From assembly GCA_964584775.1 (NCBI GenBank), contig CAZPBC010000008.1, positions 1,570-65,569 on the forward strand: a stretch of 64,000 bases of DNA. The letters are read 5' to 3'. The DNA is from an uncultured bacterium. GTDB taxonomy: Bacteria > Chlamydiota > Chlamydiia > Chlamydiales > SLFE01. The position numbers were made by a program, and so were the translations under genes. A model generated the notes under the pieces. The model saw nothing but the letters and a program-made list of their open reading frames with translations, did not search any database and was not told the origin of the DNA. This document shows positions 1-8,991 of this stretch, piece by piece; position 1 is the first letter of the stretch; each line of letters opens with the position of its first letter.

Positions 1-104
1 AACTAATTAGTTGTTATATATTAAATAATTATTTGATATAATAATTAATAGAGAGAGTGTGTCTACTCTCGCAAACTAGTTATATTGATAAAAGGAGTCT
101 ATAT
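1..104 (+). promoter_or_regulatory. AT-rich upstream island (putative promoter region) plus Shine-Dalgarno site of the first ORF
   Basis: Positions 1-56 are almost pure A/T (aactaattagttgttatatattaaataattatttgatataataattaata), whereas the coding sequence is of moderate GC. AAGGAG lies at 92-97, 7 nt before the ATG at 105. Confidence 0.3.
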
Positions 105-2600
105 ATGGGACTTCCTCCAGTCACTCCGGGCAGTGGTGGGACACCGACGCCTCCACCAGCTACACCGCCGCCACCTCCTCCCCCTCAGCAAGGAACTGGG
201 GAGACGCTATCTGCCTCAGACCGTGAAAGTGTCATCCAAGCTGTCAATGAACTCTCCGTCGATCTAGCCGATCCCGGGGATTTGTCCATTTTAGAGTGGA
301 TTGGACAGCTCAATGAGGATGAAAAAGATCTGCTCGATGAGATCCTCGCCGCCGCTCTAGAGGGAAATAAGGCCCTTCTCCTTAGCATCAGTGATCTCGG
401 TATCGGAAGTTTAGAGACTGTCATCGAAGCGTTCGAGTTCTTTAGTTTGAACGAAGCTAAGATCGGCCAGTTGAATGACATCCGAAACGAACTCAATGAA
501 ATCATCGAAGGGGCAAACCTTGACCTCACCCCCGAGGAGATTGCTGCTCAAGAGGCAGGTGACCTTCTTCTCATCCAAGCCTATGAAGCGCAAATCTTGC
601 TCTTTAACCAAGCTCAAGACGATCTGAACGCCGCAAAAGCTCAATTAGAAGCGGCCTTTAATTCAGGCAACGAAGCCGCTTGGGATGCAGCTCGAGCACA
701 GTACAATTCGGCAAGAGCCGCCTTCATCATCGCCTCTACAAATTTAGAAAATGCGGCGGACGCCTACAACACGCGAGCCCTCGATTTTGTCGATCAGAAC
801 ACCACGAATCAGTTTAACAACTTAGTCACCCGCTTCAACAACCTGATTGCCTCCTTTATCATCCCGCCTGAGTCGACAAAATTTGATCCCGCAAACTTCG
901 GAATTGCCCCCCTCACTTTCTTTACATCCCCTCCGATCCCGCTCGACCCGATCAGCTCACCTCCGACCGTTCCTCCCAATATTCCAGGAAGCTTCAACCT
1001 CGTTGACTCAAATATTGTCCCTCCAGGCCCTCCTGCGACACAGATCCGTCTCACCACTGATATCTTACAAGAGATCCCCCCCTTCTCTTTGGGAGTTCTC
1101 TTTGGAGTCGATTTCATAGGAACCATCGAATCTCAGCAGTTGTCCAATGAAATTGCCCAACTCATTGAAGATGGCACCCTCACTGAGATCATTGAGCTCC
1201 TCCTCCTCTTCATCAAACGGGGCTCGACCACATCAGAAATCTACGAACCAGAAGCCGTCGGAGTCGGAGGAAATGTCACTTCACAGCAAGCGGCATCCCT
1301 CTCTGCTAAAGTCCTTGGACTCGCCAGCCCCAGACTCCAAGGAGTGCTCGGAAGCCTTCTCGAAGCAGAAGAAGTCAACAACCTCTATGAACAGTTGATC
1401 AATGACGGGGAGCCCGGGCTCGTTCAATCTTTTGCGAACCTCGTGACCGTTTCTGCGGGTCTCGGTGTCCTCTCGAGCTTGAAAGCTGCGGATAAAGCCA
1501 CAGAGCTCCTCGCCACTAAAATCACGCCCGATACCTTCCCTGAAGCCCTCGCCACGACTCTAGGAGTCACCTCAACACTCATCGAGTTCTTAGACGGTGC
1601 GACACTCCGTGACGACCTAGCGAACCTCTTTGGAGCGAACTCAGGACTGAGTTCCCTGCCTGCGGGCCAGCAAGAGGCCTTTTTAGAGAGTGTTGGAAAT
1701 GTCGCCAACTTCTCGATCCTCTTTGCTGCAGGATCGGACCTTGCAAACGCGATCGACTCCCCTACCCTACAGATCGGATCGATCGTCGACCTCGTCCTAG
1801 GACAAGGAGAGCTGCCAGGTGAAGCACCGACCGGCAATAGCCTACAAGCAACGCAAGAGGCCTTTGCCGATGTGCTACAAGCGGGTGGGATTGCTGGAGA
1901 TGCCTCAAAGGCACTCGCTATACAACTAGCCAGTGGGCTCTTCGTTGCGGAAGATCCCGACGCCTTCTTAAGAGAAGCCCTCGGAAGCTACAACGTCCCA
2001 GAAGCTGTGGAGCAGATCAAAACGGCCGCCGTCCTTGCCCCCCTTGCGGAGCAGGTGGGCGTCGGTGGAGGCTTTTTAAAAGCGGCAGTCACCGGTGAAG
2101 GAGAGAGCGCGCTGCTCAATGCCGGCCTGGATCCGGAGGCCCTAGGCAAGGTCCAGGATATTGCGGGCCAAAACCTCTCCTTTGCTGCAAAAGTCGCCTT
2201 GCTGAACAGTGCTGTAGGAAAAGAGGCAACCACTACGAGCCTGAAGGCTCTCGGTCAGCTCGATACCCTGCAAAACCTCAAAGCATCGCTCGAGGACGAT
2301 CTCGGAAGCAATGATGCGAGTGTTCTCGCCAACCTCTCTCTCAATGTCTATAACTCCATCGAAAACCGCCTACAAGCGGTTGTCGATGAGTTTTATAAGG
2401 ATGGACCGAACGCTCGGGCCGAAAAAGCGGACGATTTACGCCTCGACGACTACCTCAACCGCTATAGCACCCAAAACTACGACAACTTCGGAAAGCTCTA
2501 TCTCGCGGCAGTGGGCTCTCTTTGGGGTGAAGGCGTCCTGAGTGGGGGTCTCAACATGAGAACCGACACAGGATCGAATACAATAGCTATAAGCGCTTAA
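105..2600 (+). CDS. Hypothetical protein with a polyproline N-terminus, putative T3SS substrate
   Basis: Long ORF. I prefer the ATG at 105, which has a strong RBS, over the GTG at 57. The N-terminus reads GLPPVTPGSGGTPTPPPATPPPPPPPQQ. The rest is acidic, helical and low in complexity, with no TM segment or enzymatic motif. It heads the T3SS translocator region. The function is inferred. Confidence 0.6.
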   Translation: MGLPPVTPGSGGTPTPPPATPPPPPPPQQGTGETLSASDRESVIQAVNELSVDLADPGDLSILEWIGQLNEDEKDLLDEILAAALEGNKALLLSISDLGIGSLETVIEAFEFFSLNEAKIGQLNDIRNELNEIIEGANLDLTPEEIAAQEAGDLLLIQAYEAQILLFNQAQDDLNAAKAQLEAAFNSGNEAAWDAARAQYNSARAAFIIASTNLENAADAYNTRALDFVDQNTTNQFNNLVTRFNNLIASFIIPPESTKFDPANFGIAPLTFFTSPPIPLDPISSPPTVPPNIPGSFNLVDSNIVPPGPPATQIRLTTDILQEIPPFSLGVLFGVDFIGTIESQQLSNEIAQLIEDGTLTEIIELLLLFIKRGSTTSEIYEPEAVGVGGNVTSQQAASLSAKVLGLASPRLQGVLGSLLEAEEVNNLYEQLINDGEPGLVQSFANLVTVSAGLGVLSSLKAADKATELLATKITPDTFPEALATTLGVTSTLIEFLDGATLRDDLANLFGANSGLSSLPAGQQEAFLESVGNVANFSILFAAGSDLANAIDSPTLQIGSIVDLVLGQGELPGEAPTGNSLQATQEAFADVLQAGGIAGDASKALAIQLASGLFVAEDPDAFLREALGSYNVPEAVEQIKTAAVLAPLAEQVGVGGGFLKAAVTGEGESALLNAGLDPEALGKVQDIAGQNLSFAAKVALLNSAVGKEATTTSLKALGQLDTLQNLKASLEDDLGSNDASVLANLSLNVYNSIENRLQAVVDEFYKDGPNARAEKADDLRLDDYLNRYSTQNYDNFGKLYLAAVGSLWGEGVLSGGLNMRTDTGSNTIAISA

Positions 2601-2678
2601 TTTTAAGGAATTTGGAAATTTTAATTAAAATAATTTATAATACTTATATAGGGATAAAGTAAGAGAAAGGGGGCTTTT

Positions 2679-2856
2679 GCCTGGATATTTCATGGATGCT
2701 TGTAGAAATGGGGCAAAATGGACGACAGATTTAAAAGGTCTCATGCGAAGGGAAGGGTCTAGCACCCTTTCCGAGACGGAGATCTTTCGAAGCTGGCGAA
2801 AAGCATTTTGTTCCAGTTTTGCGAGAATTCAGGAAAAATCAAGGCCAGGCTTAAAA
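2679..2856 (+). promoter_or_regulatory. Copy A of a duplicated ~175-nt non-coding element upstream of a T3SS operon
   Basis: It aligns by hand with 8214-8386, with roughly three quarters of positions identical over the first ~150 nt. It contains a conserved stem-loop AAGGGT-n5-ACCCTT (2753-2769) and the conserved block GCATTTTGT-n3-CAGTTTTGCGAG. The flanking genes are unrelated. Confidence 0.55.
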
Positions 2857-2881
2857 ACCCTCTCTCTGAAGGAGTAATGCC

Positions 2882-4195
2882 ATGTCTGTCTTAATCTCTG
2901 CGAATATTAAGGGATTAAACAACCCTGTCCTCGTCCACAGCGAATACACCAACTCAGAGATCTTAAACCGATGGGCTGACCAGGATGACGGGTTTTTCGT
3001 CACACTCAACCGTGTCTTCGCAAGGGGGAAGACCCTCGTGCGTGACAACACGGGGACGATTGTACGGGTCGACGAGGACCCCGTGACCACCCAAGATGCG
3101 ATCGATCTGCAGGAGGATCTACAAAGAATTCTCCAGCTCGCTCAAACTGGGGTTCAGGTTGATGGAAAGACCTTCTATCTGACCTACGAGATGGCAACTG
3201 CTCTTGATAAAATCATGAAAACTTTAGATGCGGTCGGCTTCAATCTCAATGCCAACTTGAGTGATACCGCACAGGTCGAAGCCAACCGTCAAGCCCTAGG
3301 ACGCTGGGCCGACCTCGACGATGTCGGTCTACGTGAAATTGTGGTCCAAGCGGGAAATGCGGTTTCCAACAGCCGCTCTCTCCAGGCGATGATCGAACTA
3401 GAGTATGTGAAGGTAGGAAACCAGTTAATCGGGGACCAGCTAGAGCAGCTCGACACCGCCCTCAATGCAACCAAAGATGCTCTCTTCTGGCTTGAGAAGG
3501 CGCAGCTTCTGAAAAATAATCTGACTCCAGAGTCCAGACAGAGTGATGCCTCATTCTATGCTCGGATCTTTGCAGAGGCAGGGAACACCCCAGGAGGGAG
3601 AGAATCAGAAGGGTACTTCACCGAAATTGCACGTGGTGAAGGCAGCTTCTCACAATTCACGCGGTTCTTTACAACAACAGGAGGAGGACAAATCTCTGCA
3701 CCTGGAGGCCGAACTGGGCCTGGAACTTTTGAAGCCTTTTTTAAAAGAGCCCTCGAAGATATCTTCAACGAGCCGCTCGGAGTCAGTCCAGATGACGTCG
3801 CACAAAACCTTGCAGAATTTAACGAAGTCCGCAACGGCCTGGCCGCCGTTAGAGCTCGACTCCAAGAGGTGGGAGGGGGAGAGATTACCGAAGGGACCCT
3901 CGCCGATAAAATTGGAATCATGCTCCAGCAAATCAACGACATCGGAAACACAGATGAGGAGCGATTTACTAACTGGATCGTGGACTTTTACGACGCCAAA
4001 GAATTTACCCAATCTGGTGACCAACAGCGAACGCTTACGGAAACCATCACTGCAGCGACCTCCCTCAACGACCGTCAAAAAGAGGACCTCCGCCGCTTTC
4101 TCTTCGTTTTCGAACAGTTCTACAAGTCTGCCTCCGCGATGCTTCAAGCGATCGACCGCATGACCAATAAGATGGCAAGCAACATTAAAGGATAA
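2882..4195 (+). CDS. Hypothetical helical protein, possible T3SS tip or translocon-associated substrate
   Basis: A 437-aa ORF with the RBS AAGGAG. It has long predicted helices (QAMIELEYVKVGNQLIGDQLEQLDTALNATKDALFWLEKAQ). It lies two genes upstream of an LcrH-type chaperone. The function is inferred from position only. Confidence 0.55.
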   Translation: MSVLISANIKGLNNPVLVHSEYTNSEILNRWADQDDGFFVTLNRVFARGKTLVRDNTGTIVRVDEDPVTTQDAIDLQEDLQRILQLAQTGVQVDGKTFYLTYEMATALDKIMKTLDAVGFNLNANLSDTAQVEANRQALGRWADLDDVGLREIVVQAGNAVSNSRSLQAMIELEYVKVGNQLIGDQLEQLDTALNATKDALFWLEKAQLLKNNLTPESRQSDASFYARIFAEAGNTPGGRESEGYFTEIARGEGSFSQFTRFFTTTGGGQISAPGGRTGPGTFEAFFKRALEDIFNEPLGVSPDDVAQNLAEFNEVRNGLAAVRARLQEVGGGEITEGTLADKIGIMLQQINDIGNTDEERFTNWIVDFYDAKEFTQSGDQQRTLTETITAATSLNDRQKEDLRRFLFVFEQFYKSASAMLQAIDRMTNKMASNIKG

Positions 4196-4230
4196 AGTAG
4201 GGAGATTTTCCCTTTGTTGGCACATCCTTT

Positions 4231-4255
4231 GCTTATCTCGAGACTGAGGATAAGC
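4231..4255 (+). other. Intercistronic stem-loop (GCTTATC-n11-GATAAGC)
   Basis: A 7-bp perfect inverted repeat lies between the stop at 4195 and the start at 4285. No U-run follows it, so it is not a canonical terminator. Confidence 0.25.
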
Positions 4256-4284
4256 GAAAAAAACGCCTATTAGGAGACTAAACG

Positions 4285-5937
4285 ATGGCTACCAACCTTT
4301 ATACAGACTACCTCCAGACCACGGCGGGGCTCAATTTCACCACGCCGGGACATGGGACCAACTTTCTGGAACTCGATGGGAGCAACATCTTCCGCGTCGT
4401 GAGCGACCTGAAAGACCCTTCCATCACCCCTATCGATGTCAACTACGAGACTCCCATTGTCGGAGAAACTGCCCTAGACGCCATGGAGGACCTGGCTCTA
4501 GAAATTAGGAGTGTGGATGTTATTGATGATGCTGTAGGCAGCGATGGAGCGCTAGCACTAAGCATTATCGCAGCTGTAGTAGGAACGCAATACGACAATA
4601 CTTTGGAGGTAAGCATAGCCCTAAATGCCCTTGATGAAGATGACCTTCAAGAGATCGCTGAGGAGTTAGAAGATAATGGCTTCGATGTTGGAGATTATAT
4701 CCCTGGTGTTTTCTTTGGTGACTTCAGTGACCACGATAAAGACGAGCTTGTCCCTGCGATTATCGGGGGTCTTAATGAAGAGGGAGCTTTGAAATCCGTC
4801 CAGAAACCCTTCATTGATGACACACAGTTGATGACAGACCTGGCAAGAATCTTTACGGGTGAGTCTTACAGCGGGCGTGAGTCTTGGAAGGAATTCTTGA
4901 TCGCGATTGGAATCACGGATCTCAATGAAAGAGAAAGACTGACCAACGCCTTTATCAATGAATTCTCCTACTTCATGGGAATCCCAGATGATCCCACCTC
5001 CAATCTTGGAGCGTGGGAAGACCTTGTCGACTTCTCTTCAACAGCAACCTCTGACACCAGCGTTTTATTGGTACGGAGTGGAGGAAGTGACACCGATCTC
5101 ACAGGAGTCATTGGCCCGGGAGACACTCCCGCCACAGCGATTGATGACCGTGTAAAATTTGTGGAGCACTCCTTTAGACAAACGATGGACTACTTCCTAG
5201 CGAATTACACCTTCCCGTTGCAGCGCCCTGAAGGAACTGAAATTCAGCAGTTCGTTACGGACTTCAGACGTTTTCTTGTCGCCAGGACAGGGATCCAGGA
5301 TGCAGGGATCGGACAGTTCCAAAGCCTAACTGACTACAGGCAACTGTATGACTCATTCGTAGGAGTCGGAGAAAGCGACTACAAAGAGCGGCTTGTGGAT
5401 TTCCACAACCTCATGGTGAAAAGAGATGGCTTCTTCAGCCCCAGTATCCACTTGAAGGATTGGGTAGAGGAGGTGCAGATTGCTTCGGTCTTTACCTCCG
5501 GTGCGATCAACTCCATCACCGGAACAGAATCGGGACGCACGCGGATCTTCGTCCGACTCTTCCTTCTCCTTGTGGAGATGGTGGAAGCGCTGCAGAGAGT
5601 GACCGCAGCCCAGTCCCAACGATTAAAATTTTACGCTGCCTACCAAAAGGCTTATACAGAGCTCCTTGGTGAAACACCGACGCTCGGTTTAGATAACCTG
5701 GAGAGAGGTGTTCTAGATACCGACTCCCAAGGTAGGACCGCCACCCTGCAGACCGTTCAGGCCTTTGTCAGCGGTTGGTCAGAGAAGTTAAGAAGTTTCC
5801 GAAGTGTGATTGGAGACGAATCCAAGCAACACCAAACAGCGGTGAACCAAAGTAATGAGATCGTCAACCAGCAGGCGCAGCTGGGGAGCTCGCTCCTGCA
5901 ACAGATGAGTACGATCCTTACTACCATATTTAAATAA
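4285..5937 (+). CDS. Hypothetical protein, possible T3SS tip-like or secreted protein
   Basis: A 550-aa ORF with the RBS AGGAG. It lies immediately upstream of an LcrH/SycD-type chaperone, which is the position held by LcrV/PcrV in the Ysc family. The C-terminus is helical and Q/N-rich (NQSNEIVNQQAQLGSSLLQQMSTILTTIFK). The function is inferred. Confidence 0.55.
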   Translation: MATNLYTDYLQTTAGLNFTTPGHGTNFLELDGSNIFRVVSDLKDPSITPIDVNYETPIVGETALDAMEDLALEIRSVDVIDDAVGSDGALALSIIAAVVGTQYDNTLEVSIALNALDEDDLQEIAEELEDNGFDVGDYIPGVFFGDFSDHDKDELVPAIIGGLNEEGALKSVQKPFIDDTQLMTDLARIFTGESYSGRESWKEFLIAIGITDLNERERLTNAFINEFSYFMGIPDDPTSNLGAWEDLVDFSSTATSDTSVLLVRSGGSDTDLTGVIGPGDTPATAIDDRVKFVEHSFRQTMDYFLANYTFPLQRPEGTEIQQFVTDFRRFLVARTGIQDAGIGQFQSLTDYRQLYDSFVGVGESDYKERLVDFHNLMVKRDGFFSPSIHLKDWVEEVQIASVFTSGAINSITGTESGRTRIFVRLFLLLVEMVEALQRVTAAQSQRLKFYAAYQKAYTELLGETPTLGLDNLERGVLDTDSQGRTATLQTVQAFVSGWSEKLRSFRSVIGDESKQHQTAVNQSNEIVNQQAQLGSSLLQQMSTILTTIFK

Positions 5938-5973
5938 TGGAGGCTAGCAGGAAATTGACGAGGAGGACTCGCA

Positions 5974-6621
5974 ATGTGTGCTGAAAGAATCACAGAAGAG
6001 TCAATGAAAAAGTCTTCGAAAGAGACCATTAAGAAGGCCCTCGATGAGATGGGTGACGAACAAACACCCGAACAAAAAGAGAAAATTTTGAAGCTGACCC
6101 AAGACATCTACGGTGAGGGAAAAACCCCTGCAGATGCGATGGGTATCGACCCTGGAATGACGGAGGGCATGTATAGCTTTGCCCATCGTCTTTACACGCT
6201 GGGAAAGTATGATCAAGCTGCACAGATGTTTCGGCTACTGATCATGATGAATCCGATGGAAATGCGATTTCTACTCGGAGTTTCAGCGTGCTATCATATG
6301 CAAAAAGACTACGACCTAGCTTCTTCGAGTTACATGCTATGTTCCCTTGTCAACCCAAGAGACCCTGTCCCCTACTATCATGCATCCGACTGCTTTATTG
6401 AACTGGGTGACTACGAGATGGCAGAAAAGTGTCTCAAGCTGTGCATAGCCTACTGTGAGATTGGAGAGGAGTACGATATGATGAAAGACCGTGCTCAGAT
6501 CTCCCTAAAAGGCGTGCTGGAAAAACGTCAAAGCGAAAGATCAGCGAAGAAAACGGAAAAGAGCGCGAAAAAGCCCCCTCCAGCAGAGCCACCTCAAACT
6601 GAAGCGAAGAAAAGCGCTTAA
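5974..6621 (+). CDS. Class II T3SS chaperone, LcrH/SycD/Scc2-3 family (TPR)
   Basis: The TPR core reads YSFAHRLYTLGKYDQAAQMFRLLIMMNP...LGVSACYHMQKDYDLASSSY...PVPYYHASDCFIELGDYEMAEKCL, which matches the SycD/LcrH pattern. The RBS is GAGGAGG. The tail is lysine-rich. Confidence 0.85.
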   Translation: MCAERITEESMKKSSKETIKKALDEMGDEQTPEQKEKILKLTQDIYGEGKTPADAMGIDPGMTEGMYSFAHRLYTLGKYDQAAQMFRLLIMMNPMEMRFLLGVSACYHMQKDYDLASSSYMLCSLVNPRDPVPYYHASDCFIELGDYEMAEKCLKLCIAYCEIGEEYDMMKDRAQISLKGVLEKRQSERSAKKTEKSAKKPPPAEPPQTEAKKSA

Positions 6622-6654
6622 GCTGTCCATAAATCGCGTGCGAGGAGAGATCCT

Positions 6655-8214
6655 ATGGGACTCACGCCCGATGTTGGTGGAACAAGAGGTCTGGGAAGAC
6701 CTCCAAATTTAAATTATACGGAACAGGAACAGTCAGCCAATACAGAACACCTCAAGCAGGTGTTTGCTCAAGTTCCTAATACGATTGATGTTCCCCTCAC
6801 CAAGGTGGGTGGGGATATCATGAAGTATGAGTCACATTCTGGGATGCCCAAGCTGGCGCGGAATGTGAACATCTTTAGTGGCATGACGAGAGCTGATCCG
6901 CAGCTAAAAAACCCTCAAGAGCAGAAGAAATTCGAAGAGCTTGAGGAGAAGCTCCCTTTTGGCCTTTCAATCGGCCTCAAACGCTCTTTAGAGCTTCCTT
7001 GGGAAGAGCGCGACCCCGTATTTATCCTCCTTGAAAAGATCTTAAGATTTGCAGCGAAGTCCACAACGTGGATCGATATCACAAGCGAAATCCAATCTGA
7101 CGCCTTCGCTGGCAGTATCTCAAGGTATGCTCAGCATCCCGATAAGATGCTGGAAGGATGGTGTGACTTAGCACTGGAAATCCGTGCGGAGCTGCGCTTG
7201 ATTGCGAAACACGAAGGTCTCCTCTCGCAGTTGAAACAAGATTGTATCGAGAATATCAAAGTCTTAAACCGCCTCCTCAATTTTGCAAGAGCGATCATCA
7301 AAGCGAAAAAACCTGAGAAAGAGAAGCTCGTCAAAAAGTTCAATAAAGAGATCACCTTCCTTCTGAGTGAAATCAGTACAGGAAAGCTCACCCACCCCTT
7401 TGCCATGACTTTCTCTCTACTAGAGAACGCTCTCGCCCTTGGACGGTTTTTCAGTTTAGAGAAAGCCAGTCCCACACTCCTTGGAGTGGATGCTGCTCTC
7501 GCTTACCTTTTTGCTAGGGAGCCAACCTTTGTCGATCTTGGGGAAGAGACACAAAAGCTGGGCGAACAGCTCTTTCCTGACGAAATGGAAGATCCAGCTC
7601 TCCAGCATTTTTTACCAAAAATTGCAGCACTGGGAGGACTCTTGATGACCACGCTCACCCTCTCTGCACCAGGCATCTATGAATTAAAGGTACGCGATGA
7701 TCCCCGCTTTGAGGAAAAGACGGTCCAGTGTCTAGCACTGCGCTTAAGTGGAACGCTCTTCTCTTCAGCAGATATAGAAGAGATCTTTATGAAGTGCATT
7801 TTCCCCATCCTCGGAGAAACACGCGTGAAGGCGCATGTAAAGTCGCTCGTCCAGTTTCTCACATTACAGCCTCTTCTTTTAATCGCTGGGATGGGAGAGA
7901 TCGGAAATGCGATGCTAAAAGGATGGAAGAAGTCCTTCTCTAGAAGTTTGAAGCAGCTCAAAGAAGTAGAGAAAGAGCTTCGAGTTTCTAAAAAAGGCCT
8001 TGTCAGCCTACAACACGGCCTCATGGCTGTGAAAAAAGAGTCCTCAAAAGCCTATTGGAAGGCGTTAGAAGACCTGATCAGAAAACAGGTCGACTTCTCA
8101 AAGTTTAGAGATGAATGGAAAGCCTACCGCCTGACGGTGCAGGGACTCATTAAAGGATTTTTAGAAAGTGAAGGCCAACAAAAGGTGATGGACTTCAGGC
8201 AGGTATCTGCTTAG
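6655..8214 (+). CDS. Putative translocator-like T3SS substrate (cargo of the preceding chaperone)
   Basis: A 519-aa ORF directly after the LcrH-like gene. It has an ILLEKILRFAAK motif plus a coiled coil, then two isolated hydrophobic segments (LPKIAALGGLLMTTLTLSAPGIY and LVQFLTLQPLLLIAGMGEIG). This resembles SctE architecture. Confidence 0.5.
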   Translation: MGLTPDVGGTRGLGRPPNLNYTEQEQSANTEHLKQVFAQVPNTIDVPLTKVGGDIMKYESHSGMPKLARNVNIFSGMTRADPQLKNPQEQKKFEELEEKLPFGLSIGLKRSLELPWEERDPVFILLEKILRFAAKSTTWIDITSEIQSDAFAGSISRYAQHPDKMLEGWCDLALEIRAELRLIAKHEGLLSQLKQDCIENIKVLNRLLNFARAIIKAKKPEKEKLVKKFNKEITFLLSEISTGKLTHPFAMTFSLLENALALGRFFSLEKASPTLLGVDAALAYLFAREPTFVDLGEETQKLGEQLFPDEMEDPALQHFLPKIAALGGLLMTTLTLSAPGIYELKVRDDPRFEEKTVQCLALRLSGTLFSSADIEEIFMKCIFPILGETRVKAHVKSLVQFLTLQPLLLIAGMGEIGNAMLKGWKKSFSRSLKQLKEVEKELRVSKKGLVSLQHGLMAVKKESSKAYWKALEDLIRKQVDFSKFRDEWKAYRLTVQGLIKGFLESEGQQKVMDFRQVSA

Positions 8215-8386
8215 CCTGGATTTTTTATGAAGAGTTGTAAAAATGAGACTAAATGATCGACAAATTCAACAGAACTCACTCGAAAGAAAGGGTTTAGTAC
8301 CCTTTTTGAGAGAGAAGTCTGTTGAAGGTGACGAAAGCATTTTGTGACAGTTTTGCGAGTGTTTATGAAATTTCCGGGCCTTAAAA
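8214..8386 (+). promoter_or_regulatory. Copy B of the duplicated ~175-nt non-coding element
   Basis: It aligns with 2679-2856. The conserved stem-loop AAGGGT-n5-ACCCTT is at 8288-8304. It ends about 10 nt before the ATG at 8397 of the second LcrH-like chaperone. Confidence 0.55.
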
Positions 8387-8396
8387 GGAGAAAGCA

Positions 8397-8981
8397 ATGA
8401 GAAAAGAGGAAGAGATGATCGATGCTTTAATGGAGCTTGCTAAAGACGACGCTCCGAAAGTGAAAGACGGTCTCGGCGCCATTGCTGAGAATATGTTTAC
8501 GAAAGGGATGGTTCCTAAAGACGCCATGGGAATCCAAGATACAGACGCAGAATTTTTGTATGCACAAGCCTACCAGCTCTACAACATTGGTAAGTATAAA
8601 GATTCAAGAAGTCTTTTTGGCAGTTTGATGGTGATGGATCCTACCGAACCGAAGTACATTTTTGGACATGCAGCGAGCTCTCACATGCTGAAACAGTATG
8701 ACACTGCGGCAAAAGCTTATGTTCAGCAGGCGATGCTCAGTAATGATGACCCTGTCCCCTACTACCATGCGGCAGATTGCTATCTTCAGCTCAACGACAA
8801 ATTGAGTGCCCTCGTGACACTTCGAATTGTTGTGAAGCGATCGACTGGAAAACCGGAGTTCGAGACGATTAAAGAACGTGCAGAGATGACCATCAAAAAC
8901 CTTGAAGAAGACTTAGAAGTCGAAGGCCTTGAGGGAGCTCCAACAGATTTGGAGAAACCAAAGGAAGAAAAACAAGCTTAG
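8397..8981 (+). CDS. Class II T3SS chaperone, LcrH/SycD/Scc2-3 family (second copy)
   Basis: It is a paralogue of 5974-6621, with YAQAYQLYNIGKYKDSRSLFGSLMVMDP...PVPYYHAADCYLQLNDKLSA. The RBS is AAGGAG. Confidence 0.85.
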   Translation: MRKEEEMIDALMELAKDDAPKVKDGLGAIAENMFTKGMVPKDAMGIQDTDAEFLYAQAYQLYNIGKYKDSRSLFGSLMVMDPTEPKYIFGHAASSHMLKQYDTAAKAYVQQAMLSNDDPVPYYHAADCYLQLNDKLSALVTLRIVVKRSTGKPEFETIKERAEMTIKNLEEDLEVEGLEGAPTDLEKPKEEKQA

Positions 8982-8991
8982 GAGAAAACTC

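Noticed and set aside
2790-2830. A possible sigma-54 (-24/-12) promoter around TGGCGAAAAGCATTTTG...TTTTGCGAG in the duplicated element
   Set aside because: The GG-to-GC spacing does not fit TGGCAC-N5-TTGC, and the GG is not conserved in copy B.
2677-2877. A 66-codon ORF in the intergenic region before the 437-aa gene
   Set aside because: It overlaps the duplicated non-coding element. In the paralogous copy (8214-8386) the same frame contains a stop and an indel, so the conservation is not protein-coding.
3543-4225. Overlapping ORFs 3543-4163 (+), 3556-3951 (-) and 3650-4225 (-) inside the 437-aa gene
   Set aside because: They have no RBS and a biased composition. They are fully nested in a longer ORF that has a strong Shine-Dalgarno site and an operon context.
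8929-8991. N-terminal extensions of ORF-track starts (8929, 57, 14868, 41481, 54926, 57070, 59190, 60392, 33805)
   Set aside because: The upstream in-frame starts overlap the preceding genes or lack an RBS. Downstream ATGs with good Shine-Dalgarno sites, or conserved family N-termini, were preferred.
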